DNA of 64,000 nt, from the NCBI GenBank assembly GCA_017411435.1, contig JAFQQD010000031.1, positions 99,777-163,776 on the forward strand. Reading direction: 5' to 3'. The position numbers and the translations under genes are program-made. Below the pieces are notes generated by a model. It saw only the letters and a list, made by a program, of their open reading frames with translations. It ran no database searches and had not been told where the DNA came from. Shown piece after piece: positions 44,976-53,670 of this stretch; positions within the stretch are counted from its first letter, which is position 1, and the number at the start of each line of letters is the position of its first letter. The stretch is from Clostridia bacterium. GTDB lineage: Bacteria > Bacillota > Clostridia > UMGS1883.

Positions 44976-45757
44976 TATTCCAACCCCAATAAAATTTTTG
45001 CATTGGTATAAAATATCTTTTCTTTTTCTTCTTCAGTAAGGGAGAGTGACTCAATCTTTTCAGCCTCTCTTTTGAGTGAGATTGCAGGGTAGTCTGTGCC
45101 GAAAAGAACCTTGTCTGCCCCGTGAGCACGAATCATATCCACCATTTTTTCGGGAGTAACTTCCCACATGGTACTTGATGTGTCAAACCACACATTTTTG
45201 CCGACAAGCGATTTTGCCTCTTTATCCCATACGCTGTAGCCGCCCATATGAGCTGCGACAAACTTATGCTCGGGAAACTTTTCAAGCACTTTTGAAAGGC
45301 GCTCGGGGTTTGAGAAGTCAAGTTTCTTATCCCCTACATGAAGGACTATCGGATAGTCGCTTCCGATTTCTTCATACATAAAGAGTGCCTTGTCATCATC
45401 AATATTAAACGCCTGAAAATCGGGATGGAACTTAAATCCACAAAGTCCGTGATTTTTAACGCGCTGAATTTCGCCCTTTACATCGTCAAAATCAGGATGA
45501 ACCGAGCCGAATACGATAAAGCGCTCGTCCCTTAAATTAAAGAGGAAATCGTTATTTATTACGACCTGTGTAGGCTTTGTCGGAGTGGAAAATATAACCG
45601 CCCTGTAGAAGCCTGATTTTTCCATTTCTTCACGCATATCGGTAAATGTGCCGAGGCATTCCCACGGCATACCGTAGTGATGCTCAAGATTTTCTATCGC
45701 AAGATGTGCAATCTTGGGATTGAATATATGTGCGTGAAAATCTATGATTTTTCTCAT
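44975..45757 (-). CDS. Metal-dependent amidohydrolase (amidohydrolase-2/TIM-barrel family).
   Basis: Start at ATG 45757 (MRKIIDFHAHIF...); the annotated ORF extends to 45799. Metal-ligand motifs HxH ... HxG ... D in a TIM-barrel layout. Confidence 0.65.
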   Translation of the reverse strand: MRKIIDFHAHIFNPKIAHLAIENLEHHYGMPWECLGTFTDMREEMEKSGFYRAVIFSTPTKPTQVVINNDFLFNLRDERFIVFGSVHPDFDDVKGEIQRVKNHGLCGFKFHPDFQAFNIDDDKALFMYEEIGSDYPIVLHVGDKKLDFSNPERLSKVLEKFPEHKFVAAHMGGYSVWDKEAKSLVGKNVWFDTSSTMWEVTPEKMVDMIRAHGADKVLFGTDYPAISLKREAEKIESLSLTEEEKEKIFYTNAKILLGLE

Positions 45758-45823
45758 ACTAAAACTTCTTTCTAAAAATATTGTTGCAGCGAAATTCACT
45801 GCAACAACAAAATCGTCCTTAAA

Positions 45824-46165
45824 TTAGCCCGGAGGCCATGCAAGAGCGCGTCCGCCAAGCATATGGAAATGAAGGTGTCCTACGGTCTGGCCGCCACCTT
45901 CTCCACAGTTATTTACGATGCGGTATCCGTCTTCCGCAATACCTTCCTGCGCTGCAATTTTTGCTGCAACTGAGAAGATATGACCTACTATAGCGCAGTT
46001 TTCATCGTTAATTTCATTTGCAGATTTAATATGCACTTTCGGAATAATGAGAATATGCACGGGTGCCTGAGGCTCAATATCGCGAAATGCGTATACCTTC
46101 TCATCCTCATACACTTTTGCAGAAGGGATTTCGCCTGCTGCTATTTTACAAAACAAGCAGTCCAT
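45824..46165 (-). CDS. HIT-family (histidine triad) nucleotide hydrolase.
   Basis: 113 aa. CLFCKI... and the triad HLHFHMLGG. Confidence 0.9.
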   Translation of the reverse strand: MDCLFCKIAAGEIPSAKVYEDEKVYAFRDIEPQAPVHILIIPKVHIKSANEINDENCAIVGHIFSVAAKIAAQEGIAEDGYRIVNNCGEGGGQTVGHLHFHMLGGRALAWPPG

Positions 46166-46186
46166 AGTTTTGCTCCTTTTCTTATT

Positions 46187-46275
46187 GGGGACAGGTCAAT
46201 TTTTGTTGCACCTACCTGCTTGGGGACGGGGCAGTTTCTGTTACACCTTCGGTTTACATAAACTCCCCCGTCCCC
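46187..46275. repeat. GC-rich REP-like palindromic repeat, copy 2. It carries an internal tandem duplication of the 5' arm.
   Basis: GGGGACAGGTCAATTTTTGTTgcacctacctgctt, then GGGGACGGGGcagtttctgttacaccttcggtttacataaactcCCCCGTCCCC with a perfect 10-bp terminal stem. Located between the HIT gene and alaS. Confidence 0.7.
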
Positions 46276-46284
46276 TTATATTTG

Positions 46285-48921
46285 TTAAATTTGAGATTGA
46301 ATGATAGAATCTACGAGTGCGAGTGCGTCGTCAATTTTGCTTGCATCCTTGCCGCCGCCCTGTGCACTGTCAGGCTTGCCTCCACCGCTTCCGCCTGCAA
46401 CGGCTGTGATTTCCTTGATAATCTTTCCGCAATGTACACCCTTATTAACTGCATCGGCACCTGCCATTGCGATAAATGAAATTTTACCGTCAGTGTTTGC
46501 AGCAAAGACGCATACGCACATAGGTGTCTTTTCCTTGATTGCATCTCCTGTTTTTCTGATATTATCAACAGTCGAGCCGTCCAACTGTGCTACGATAAGG
46601 TTAATGTCTCCGATATGCTTAACACCCGACATAATATCGCTTGCCTTGGCGCTTGCCATCTTGGCTTCAATCTGTTCGAGTTTCTTCTGCTGCTCGCGGT
46701 TTTCGTTTGCGACTGCTTCCGCACGGTGAACGAGCTCTCCCTCAGTTGTCTTAAGAGCTGCCGCTGCACTTGTGATAATAGCGTTCTTTTCCTCGATATA
46801 ACGGAGAACGCCCTCACCTGTTACGGCTTCAATTCGTCTTACGCCTGCCGCTACGCCACTCTCTGAAAGAATCTTGCAAAGACCTGCCTCGGCAGTATTC
46901 TTAAGGTGACATCCGCCACAAAGTTCGATGGAATATCCGCCCATATTTACAACGCGTACTGTATCGCCGTACTTTTCGCCAAAGAGCGCCATAGCGCCCT
47001 GTGCCTTAGCCTCAGCGATTGACATATTCCTGATATCAATAGGATATGCTGCAAGAATTGCCGCATTTACCTTGTCTTCAACTTCCTGAAGCTGTTCTTT
47101 TGAAACTGCTTCAAAGTGAGAGAAGTCAAAACGAAGTCTCGATTCGTCAACAAAGCTTCCCGCCTGTTCGATATGACTGCCAAGCACTTCGCGGAGAGCC
47201 TTCTGAAGAAGATGTGTCGTTGAATGGTTTCTTGCCGTTGCCATTCTCTTCTTTATATCGATGGAAACAGTTACCTTATCGCCCTTTGACGCAGTTCCTT
47301 CCATAACCTCTACATGATGAAGAATCTTTCCGTCACCGAGTTTCTTTGCATCGTAAACTTCCATCTTGAAGCCTTCGCCAAAGATTACACCGTTATCACC
47401 CATCTGACCGCCGCTTTCGCCGTAGATAACGGTCTTATCAAGGATAATAACTGCTTTTTCGCCGTCACTTACATTATCGACAACTTGTCCGTCTTTTACG
47501 ATAACTGTAATTTCTGATTCACACTCATTATTATCATAACCGATGAACTCTGTTTTAACATCTTTTCCGAGAGTCTGATAAACATCTTCACTCCAGGCAG
47601 CTTCATCACCGACTTTTCTGCCCTTTCTTGAACGCTCTTTCTGCTCAAGAAGAAGAGCATTGAATGCTTCACGGTCAACCAAAAGACCTTTTTCCTGAAG
47701 AATTTCTTCTGTAAGGTCAATCGGGAAGCCGTATGTGTCATTGAGAGTGAATGCATCTTCGCCTGAAAGAGTTTTTCCGCCACTCTTTTCAAGGTCAGAG
47801 ATTTTTTCTTCAAGAATTGAAAGACCGCGGTCAATTGTCTGCGCAAAGCTTTCTTCTTCTTTCTTGATAACGCGCTTAATTAAATCCTGCTTTTCTTCAA
47901 GCTGGGGATATGCACCCTTCGACTCTCTCACAACGGTATCAACGATATCTGAAAGGAATGTTCCCTTAATACCGAGGAGTCTGCCATGACGGGCAGCACG
48001 GCGGAGAAGTCTGCGAAGAACATACCCTCTGCCTTCATTCGAGGGAGATACGCCGTCACAAGTCATAAATGTTGTGCTTCTGATATGGTCTGTGATAACA
48101 CGCAGCGATATATCTGTCTTTTCATTGTCGCCGTAGTTAACCTTTGCAACCTTGCTGATTTCAAGCATAATATTGCGGATAGTATCAACCTCGAAAAGGT
48201 TATTTACATCCTGCATAATAACTGCCATTCTTTCAAGTCCCATACCTGTATCGATATTGGGATTTGCAAGACGGTTATATACGCCGTTTTCATCCTTATC
48301 AAACTGAGTGAATACAAGATTCCAGAATTCTACAAATCTGTCACACTCACATCCTACCTTACAGTCAGGTGAGCCGCAACCGTACTTTTCGCCACGGTCG
48401 AAATAAAGTTCACTACAAGGTCCGCAAGGTCCCTGACCGATTTCCCAGAAATTGTCCTCTTTCCCCATTCTTGAAATGTGGGAAATATCTACGCCAACTT
48501 CCTTCGTCCAGATTTCGATTGCTTCATCGTCATCCTCATAAACTGTAACATAAACTCTGTCTTCAGGAAGTCCGAGGTCCTTTGTAACAAATTCCCAAGC
48601 CCAAGCGGTTGCCTCGTGCTTGAAGTAATCACCGAAAGAGAAGTTACCAAGCATTTCAAAGAATGTGCCGTGGCGTGCAGTTATACCAACACGCTCAATA
48701 TCAGGTGTACGGATACACTTCTGACAGGTGGTAACACGCTTTCTGGGCGGAATCTCCTTCCCTGTAAAATATGGCTTAAGGGGAGCCATGCCTGCATTTA
48801 TAAGAAGCAGACTGTTGTCATTCTGCGGTACAAGCGGGAATGACGGCAGTCTCAGATGTCCTTTACTTTCAAAGAATTTTAAGTATCTTTCGCGTATTTC
48901 GTTGAGTCCAAGTTTTTCCAT
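46285..48921 (-). CDS. alaS: Alanine--tRNA ligase.
   Basis: Start at ATG 48921 (MEKLGLNEIRERYLKFFESKGH; RBS AAGGAG); the annotated ORF extends to 48975. Class II core, editing domain (HSTTHLL...CGGCH) and a C-terminal DHHA1 domain. Confidence 0.95.
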   Translation of the reverse strand: MEKLGLNEIRERYLKFFESKGHLRLPSFPLVPQNDNSLLLINAGMAPLKPYFTGKEIPPRKRVTTCQKCIRTPDIERVGITARHGTFFEMLGNFSFGDYFKHEATAWAWEFVTKDLGLPEDRVYVTVYEDDDEAIEIWTKEVGVDISHISRMGKEDNFWEIGQGPCGPCSELYFDRGEKYGCGSPDCKVGCECDRFVEFWNLVFTQFDKDENGVYNRLANPNIDTGMGLERMAVIMQDVNNLFEVDTIRNIMLEISKVAKVNYGDNEKTDISLRVITDHIRSTTFMTCDGVSPSNEGRGYVLRRLLRRAARHGRLLGIKGTFLSDIVDTVVRESKGAYPQLEEKQDLIKRVIKKEEESFAQTIDRGLSILEEKISDLEKSGGKTLSGEDAFTLNDTYGFPIDLTEEILQEKGLLVDREAFNALLLEQKERSRKGRKVGDEAAWSEDVYQTLGKDVKTEFIGYDNNECESEITVIVKDGQVVDNVSDGEKAVIILDKTVIYGESGGQMGDNGVIFGEGFKMEVYDAKKLGDGKILHHVEVMEGTASKGDKVTVSIDIKKRMATARNHSTTHLLQKALREVLGSHIEQAGSFVDESRLRFDFSHFEAVSKEQLQEVEDKVNAAILAAYPIDIRNMSIAEAKAQGAMALFGEKYGDTVRVVNMGGYSIELCGGCHLKNTAEAGLCKILSESGVAAGVRRIEAVTGEGVLRYIEEKNAIITSAAAALKTTEGELVHRAEAVANENREQQKKLEQIEAKMASAKASDIMSGVKHIGDINLIVAQLDGSTVDNIRKTGDAIKEKTPMCVCVFAANTDGKISFIAMAGADAVNKGVHCGKIIKEITAVAGGSGGGKPDSAQGGGKDASKIDDALALVDSIIQSQI

Positions 48922-49040
48922 TATGAACACTCCTTTACAATTTATCATTATACCTTTTTTCAGTGCTATTGTCAACCGATTTAGCCCTCATTAAAATAAA
49001 AAAGCGTTTCAAAAAAGGGGTAGATTTTTTATACTATATA

Positions 49041-49049
49041 TGGTATAAT
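49041..49049 (+). promoter_or_regulatory. Extended -10 element (TGGTATAAT) for uppP.
   Basis: The 20-mer TATATATGGTATAATATATT is shared with 29345-29364. Downstream are a GGAGGA RBS and ATG 49082. Confidence 0.4.
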
Positions 49050-49081
49050 ATATTTAATATTCTATGATGGAGGAACTATGT

Positions 49082-49915
49082 ATGTCATTATTTAAGGCAT
49101 TTATACTTGGTCTTATTCAGGGAATAAGCGAATTTTTACCGATTTCATCATCGGGGCATCTTGCTATAATGGGAAAACTTATGGGGATGAACCCCGAGGC
49201 TGACAGTCTTCTGTCTTTTAATATACTTCTCCATGTAGCAACACTTGTGGCTGTATTTATTGTTTACAAAAACGACATTTGGGAAATGATAAAAGCATTT
49301 TTTGCTATGATTGGTGATGTATGTAAAGGCAAGGGATTACGCCTTCGTGAATTTACATACCGCAGACTTATCGTAATGCTTATCGCAGCAACTCTTCCTG
49401 CTGTTGTGTCAGCGCTTCTTCTTGGCGATATTATTGAGAATCCTGCACTCTGGCAGATTGGTATATTCCTTATTGTAACTGCAATTCTACTTTTCCTCAG
49501 CGAGAAACTCGCCGGCGGTAATATCGACCTTGAAGATATGTCTGTAAAGCGTGCTTTTTGTGTAGGCTGTTTTCAAGGGCTCGGCACACTCCCCGGTATA
49601 AGTCGCAGCGGAAGCACAATCGTAGGCGGACTTTTCTGCAGGCTCGACAAAAAAACTGCAGTAAGATTTTCGTTTCTGATGTCAATCCCTGCAATTCTTG
49701 GTGCGCTTGTCCTTGATATAAAGGATATGCTCGGCACAACATCAGAGACACTGTCCTTCCTCCCCGTTGCTGTCGGTATGATTACCGCTGCAATAAGCGG
49801 ATATTTCTCAATTAAGTTCCTTCTTAAAATCGTTGAAAAAAGTAAGCTTTCTTACTTTTCAATATACTGCACACTTGCAGGTATCGCAGCTATAATCTTA
49901 AATTTTACTATCTAA
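49082..49915 (+). CDS. uppP: Undecaprenyl-diphosphate phosphatase (BacA/UppP).
   Basis: Start at 49082 (MSLFKAFILGLIQGISEFLPISSSGHL). Eight-TM BacA family with a PGxSRSG motif. Confidence 0.9.
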   Translation: MSLFKAFILGLIQGISEFLPISSSGHLAIMGKLMGMNPEADSLLSFNILLHVATLVAVFIVYKNDIWEMIKAFFAMIGDVCKGKGLRLREFTYRRLIVMLIAATLPAVVSALLLGDIIENPALWQIGIFLIVTAILLFLSEKLAGGNIDLEDMSVKRAFCVGCFQGLGTLPGISRSGSTIVGGLFCRLDKKTAVRFSFLMSIPAILGALVLDIKDMLGTTSETLSFLPVAVGMITAAISGYFSIKFLLKIVEKSKLSYFSIYCTLAGIAAIILNFTI

Positions 49916-49930
49916 AGGGATGCAGATAAA

Positions 49931-52369
49931 ATGACAAAGACTACTAAAAAGAAAACTACAAACTCTAAAAAGAATCTGTCTCCGTCAGGGAAGAAATTAA
50001 CATCCAGAAAGAAGTCGCCATCGACTTCTTCGCGTTCTACAACAAAATCTTCTGCGGCAAAGTATCCCGCAAAAGAGCTTCGTCTTATTTTTCTTGTTGC
50101 CTCTGCGGTAGTACTGATTATTTCTTATTATTTTAACGCTTTTGGGCTCATAGGCAGAATCTTAAAAGGAATAGGTAAAATACTTCTTGGAAGTATGTTC
50201 TTTACCATACCGATAATTTTTTCTGCGGTAACAGTTCATGTTTTCATCAAAGGGAAGATTGCTCCGCATAAGCACCGCTATGTATTTGCATCTGTTTCAA
50301 TTGCGGCAATAGCGGCACTTCATACGCTGAAATTCATTTCTGCTAATCCGGACTTTTTTTCAGGCACTATCCCGACAATTTTTGAAATAATCCTTGACAG
50401 CAGCATGTCTTATCTGTCAGGCGGTATAATGGGTGCAGTTATTGCACTTCCGTTGAAAGCACTTGTGGATACTGTCGGCACTTGTGTAATCCTTATTACA
50501 TTGGCGCTGGCATCATTTGTAATTGCAACGGGTACTGAGCCATTTGTAAAACTGGCAAAGCTTATATCTTCCATGTTTGCTGATATGACGGCCAAAGAAG
50601 AAGATGAGGAAGGGGAAAAACCCGATAAAAACGAAATCAAGATTAACGGTGTGGAAGAGCCTAAGGAGAAAAAGCGCCTTCTTAAATCAGCTGAAAAGAA
50701 AAACAAAAAAGAGGCTGAGAAAGAGTCCTTAGAAGATGATTCCCCGTCAGAATTCAAAATTAATCTTTACAGCGATAAAAAAGACGACACTACTAAAACA
50801 AGTAAGGTTGAAATCCCCAATGATATAAAGAAAATGGCAATGGAAGAATCGGGCGGTGTGGAGGAAGAAAAGGTAGACACTACTCCTATTGAGGTTACCG
50901 AGGATGAGATTGAAACCGATTACATTGAGTACACTTTCCCTCCCATTGACCTTCTTTCCAAGGCAAAGGCTCCTTCCGGTCAGGACAGACCCGAAGACCT
51001 TCGCACACAGGCTAAGAAGCTTGTCGATACTCTTTCCAGTTTCGGCGTTGAGGCTAAGGTACTTGAAGTCAGCAAGGGACCAAGTGTAACGAGGTTTGAG
51101 CTTCAGCCGTCAGCAGGTGTCAAGGTAAGTAAAATCGTAAATCTCGCTGATGATATTGCGCTTAATCTTGCAGCTTTTGGTGTAAGAATCGAAGCTCCCA
51201 TTCCGGGAAAAGCGGCGGTCGGAATTGAAATCCCCAACAAGAGCACATCGATGGTTCCTCTTCGTGATGTAATCGACAGTGATGAGTTTGGGAAGTTCGG
51301 CTCTAAAACTGCTTTTGCTATGGGCAAGGATATTTCAGGACAACCTATTATAAGCGACATTTCAAAGATGCCGCACATGCTTATCGCAGGTGCTACCGGC
51401 AGCGGTAAGAGTGTGTGCATAAATTCACTTATTACAAGCATTCTTTATAAGGCAGACCCCAACGAAGTTAAGCTTATCCTCATTGACCCCAAGGTTGTTG
51501 AGCTTGGCGTTTATAACGGTATTCCCCATCTGCTTATTCCCGTTGTAACAGACCCCAGGCGTGCCGCAGGTGCTCTTAACTGGGCTGTTCAGGAAATGGT
51601 TAAAAGGTACAGTATGTTTGCAACTGCAAATGTGCGTGATATCAAGGGTTATAATGAATATGCGGCAATGAGCGGTGACAGGCTGCTTGAACAGATTGTT
51701 ATCGTGATTGACGAGCTTGCTGACCTTATGATGGTTTCTCCGCATGAGGTTGAAGATTCTATCTGCCGTCTCGCACAGATGGCGCGAGCTGCAGGTATGC
51801 ACCTTGTAATTGCGACTCAGCGTCCGAGCGTTGATGTTATCACAGGTCTTATCAAGGCAAATGTTCCCAGCCGAATTGCATTCAGCGTTTCAAGTCAGAT
51901 TGACAGCCGTACTATTCTGGATATGGGCGGTGCTGAAAAGCTTCTGGGTAAGGGTGATATGCTCTTCCTTCCCATGGGCGCCAGCAAGCCTAAGCGTATT
52001 CAGGGTGCGTTCGTTTCTGATAAGGAAATCGAAAAAATTGTTGAGTTTATCAAGTCCGATTCATCGGCTCATTATAATGAAGATATTATTGAACATATTG
52101 AAAACGGTGTTGAGGACCACGCAGGCGGAGATGATTCGGATGCAGATGACCTTCTTCCGCAGGCTATTGAAATTGTAGTTGAGCTTGGTCAGGCAAGCGC
52201 TTCTCTTCTTCAAAGGAAACTGAAAGTCGGCTACTCCCGTGCAGGCAGACTTATCGACCAGCTTGAAGAGCGCGGTATAATCGGACCTCATGAGGGTAGT
52301 AAACCCCGTAAGGTTTTAATGAGCAGAAATGAATTTCAGGAAATGATGCTTAACAGCATTGAGGACTAA
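49931..52369 (+). CDS. ftsK: DNA translocase FtsK/SpoIIIE.
   Basis: 812 aa. N-terminal TM segments, a K/E-rich linker, an ATPase motor with Walker A GATGSGKS, and a C-terminal gamma winged-helix domain. Confidence 0.9.
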   Translation: MTKTTKKKTTNSKKNLSPSGKKLTSRKKSPSTSSRSTTKSSAAKYPAKELRLIFLVASAVVLIISYYFNAFGLIGRILKGIGKILLGSMFFTIPIIFSAVTVHVFIKGKIAPHKHRYVFASVSIAAIAALHTLKFISANPDFFSGTIPTIFEIILDSSMSYLSGGIMGAVIALPLKALVDTVGTCVILITLALASFVIATGTEPFVKLAKLISSMFADMTAKEEDEEGEKPDKNEIKINGVEEPKEKKRLLKSAEKKNKKEAEKESLEDDSPSEFKINLYSDKKDDTTKTSKVEIPNDIKKMAMEESGGVEEEKVDTTPIEVTEDEIETDYIEYTFPPIDLLSKAKAPSGQDRPEDLRTQAKKLVDTLSSFGVEAKVLEVSKGPSVTRFELQPSAGVKVSKIVNLADDIALNLAAFGVRIEAPIPGKAAVGIEIPNKSTSMVPLRDVIDSDEFGKFGSKTAFAMGKDISGQPIISDISKMPHMLIAGATGSGKSVCINSLITSILYKADPNEVKLILIDPKVVELGVYNGIPHLLIPVVTDPRRAAGALNWAVQEMVKRYSMFATANVRDIKGYNEYAAMSGDRLLEQIVIVIDELADLMMVSPHEVEDSICRLAQMARAAGMHLVIATQRPSVDVITGLIKANVPSRIAFSVSSQIDSRTILDMGGAEKLLGKGDMLFLPMGASKPKRIQGAFVSDKEIEKIVEFIKSDSSAHYNEDIIEHIENGVEDHAGGDDSDADDLLPQAIEIVVELGQASASLLQRKLKVGYSRAGRLIDQLEERGIIGPHEGSKPRKVLMSRNEFQEMMLNSIED

Positions 52370-52411
52370 TCGTCAAATTCCCCTATTTTTTGGTAATATT
52401 CCACAAAAAAA

Positions 52412-52454
52412 GTGCAGTAAATTGTCTTCAGTTGTGCAATTTACTGCATTTTTG
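52412..52454 (+). terminator. Intrinsic terminator after ftsK.
   Basis: TGCAGTAAATTGtcttcagttgtgCAATTTACTGCA followed by TTTTTG. Confidence 0.7.
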
Positions 52455-52457
52455 CCC

Positions 52458-52486
52458 TTGACAATACTAATTTACATTGATATAAT
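52458..52486 (+). promoter_or_regulatory. Consensus sigma-A promoter for sigH.
   Basis: TTGACA (52458-52463), a 17-nt spacer, then TATAAT (52481-52486). Confidence 0.7.
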
Positions 52487-52510
52487 CAATTATATGGTGA
52501 GGTGAGTTAT

Positions 52511-53137
52511 ATGGATAATGCATCAAACAAAAGCTTCTCCTCATTCTGCGATGAAGATTTAGTTATTCTTGCTCAGAAGGGCAACGACAGGGCACTTGAT
52601 TATTTACTTGGTAAGTATTTCATTTATGTGCGTAACAAATCTCTTTCGTATTACATTGCAGGCGCTGATAGAGATGACATAATTCAGGAGGGTATGATTG
52701 GTCTGTTTAAGGCGGTCAGGGACTTCAGCAGTGAGCGCGGCGTGACTTTCAAAACATTTGCGGATGTTTGCGTTACGAGACAAATTCTCACAGCTGTTAA
52801 GAATGCCAGCAGACAGAAGCATGCACCTCTTAATTTTTATGTTTCGTTAAACAAATCTGTTACCGATAATGACGATGATTCTACATTGGTTGATATATTG
52901 GGACAAGCCAAAGGCTCAAACCCAGAAGAGATACTTCTTGAAAAAGAAAAGGCGGATACAATCGGGCTTGAGATGACGCGGCTTCTTTCTGACTATGAGC
53001 TTCGCGTTCTTTCCCTCTATCTTCAGGGAAAAAGTTATCTCGACATCGGAAATGAAATCGGCAAATCCCCAAAGTCAGTTGACAATGCGCTTCAGCGCAT
53101 AAAGAAAAAGTTTGAGAAGATTGCTTCTGACAATTAA
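52511..53137 (+). CDS. sigH: Sporulation sigma factor sigma-H (Spo0H).
   Basis: Preferred start ATG 52511 (RBS GGTGAGGTGAG); the ORF track starts at GTG 52502. Matches B. subtilis SigH: ADRDDIIQEGMIGLFKAVRDF, CVTRQILTAVKNASRQKH.PLN.YVSL, LSDYELRVLSLYLQGKSY, SVDNALQRIKKK. Confidence 0.85.
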   Translation: MDNASNKSFSSFCDEDLVILAQKGNDRALDYLLGKYFIYVRNKSLSYYIAGADRDDIIQEGMIGLFKAVRDFSSERGVTFKTFADVCVTRQILTAVKNASRQKHAPLNFYVSLNKSVTDNDDDSTLVDILGQAKGSNPEEILLEKEKADTIGLEMTRLLSDYELRVLSLYLQGKSYLDIGNEIGKSPKSVDNALQRIKKKFEKIASDN

Positions 53138-53214
53138 AATGCTATATGCCCCTATCGGCGTGGTAACCGAAAAGGGTAAAAATATTTTTATAGGTAAAGG
53201 TAAGGAGATTAGAA

Positions 53215-53484
53215 ATGTACGAAGACAAGACTTTAGTCTGCAAGGATTGCGGACAGGAATTCGTGTTCACAGCTGGCGAACAGGAATTCTACGCAGAGAA
53301 AGGCTTCCAGAACGAACCTCAGAGATGTAAGGAATGCCGCGCTGCAAAGAAAGCATCACTCAGAGAAAACAGAGAAATGTATACTGCTGTTTGTGCTGAA
53401 TGTGGTGGCGAAGCAAAGGTTCCCTTTGTTCCGAAGGATGACAGACCTGTTTACTGCAGCGAGTGCTTTGCAAAAAACAAATAA
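53215..53484 (+). CDS. Small zinc-ribbon protein (zf-trcl-like).
   Basis: 89 aa with two CxxC...CxxC units: CKDCGQEFVFTAGEQEFYAEKGF...RCKECR and CAECGGEAKVPFVP...VYCSEC. Confidence 0.6.
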   Translation: MYEDKTLVCKDCGQEFVFTAGEQEFYAEKGFQNEPQRCKECRAAKKASLRENREMYTAVCAECGGEAKVPFVPKDDRPVYCSECFAKNK

Positions 53485-53514
53485 TCTCCTTATTAACCAG
53501 AGAAGATTATAATT

Positions 53515-53550
53515 AAAAGGTGATAGCTTAGCTATCACCTTTTATTTTTG
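53515..53550 (+). terminator. Intrinsic terminator after the zinc-ribbon gene.
   Basis: aaaaGGTGATAGCttaGCTATCACCttttattttt. Confidence 0.8.
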
Positions 53551-53579
53551 AAAAAAGGAATCCGCATAAGCGGATTCCC
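53551..53579 (-). terminator. Intrinsic terminator for the P-type ATPase gene (minus strand).
   Basis: Minus-strand reading: GGGAATCCGCttatGCGGATTCC followed by TTTTTTC. Confidence 0.75.
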
Positions 53580-53670
53580 ACACTAAATAATCAAAGGCAC
53601 TTTGTTAAATGTTCTGATAAAAACACAATCATAAATCTTTATTCGCGTTTTTACGGTCTGTGCTGCTTTA

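Noticed and set aside
48922-49063. Possible T-box riboswitch leader upstream of alaS.
   Set aside because: The intergenic region before the alaS start is only about 140 nt. It also holds the divergent uppP promoter. It is too short for a specifier or T-box structure. No AGGGUGGNACCGCG-like box is present.
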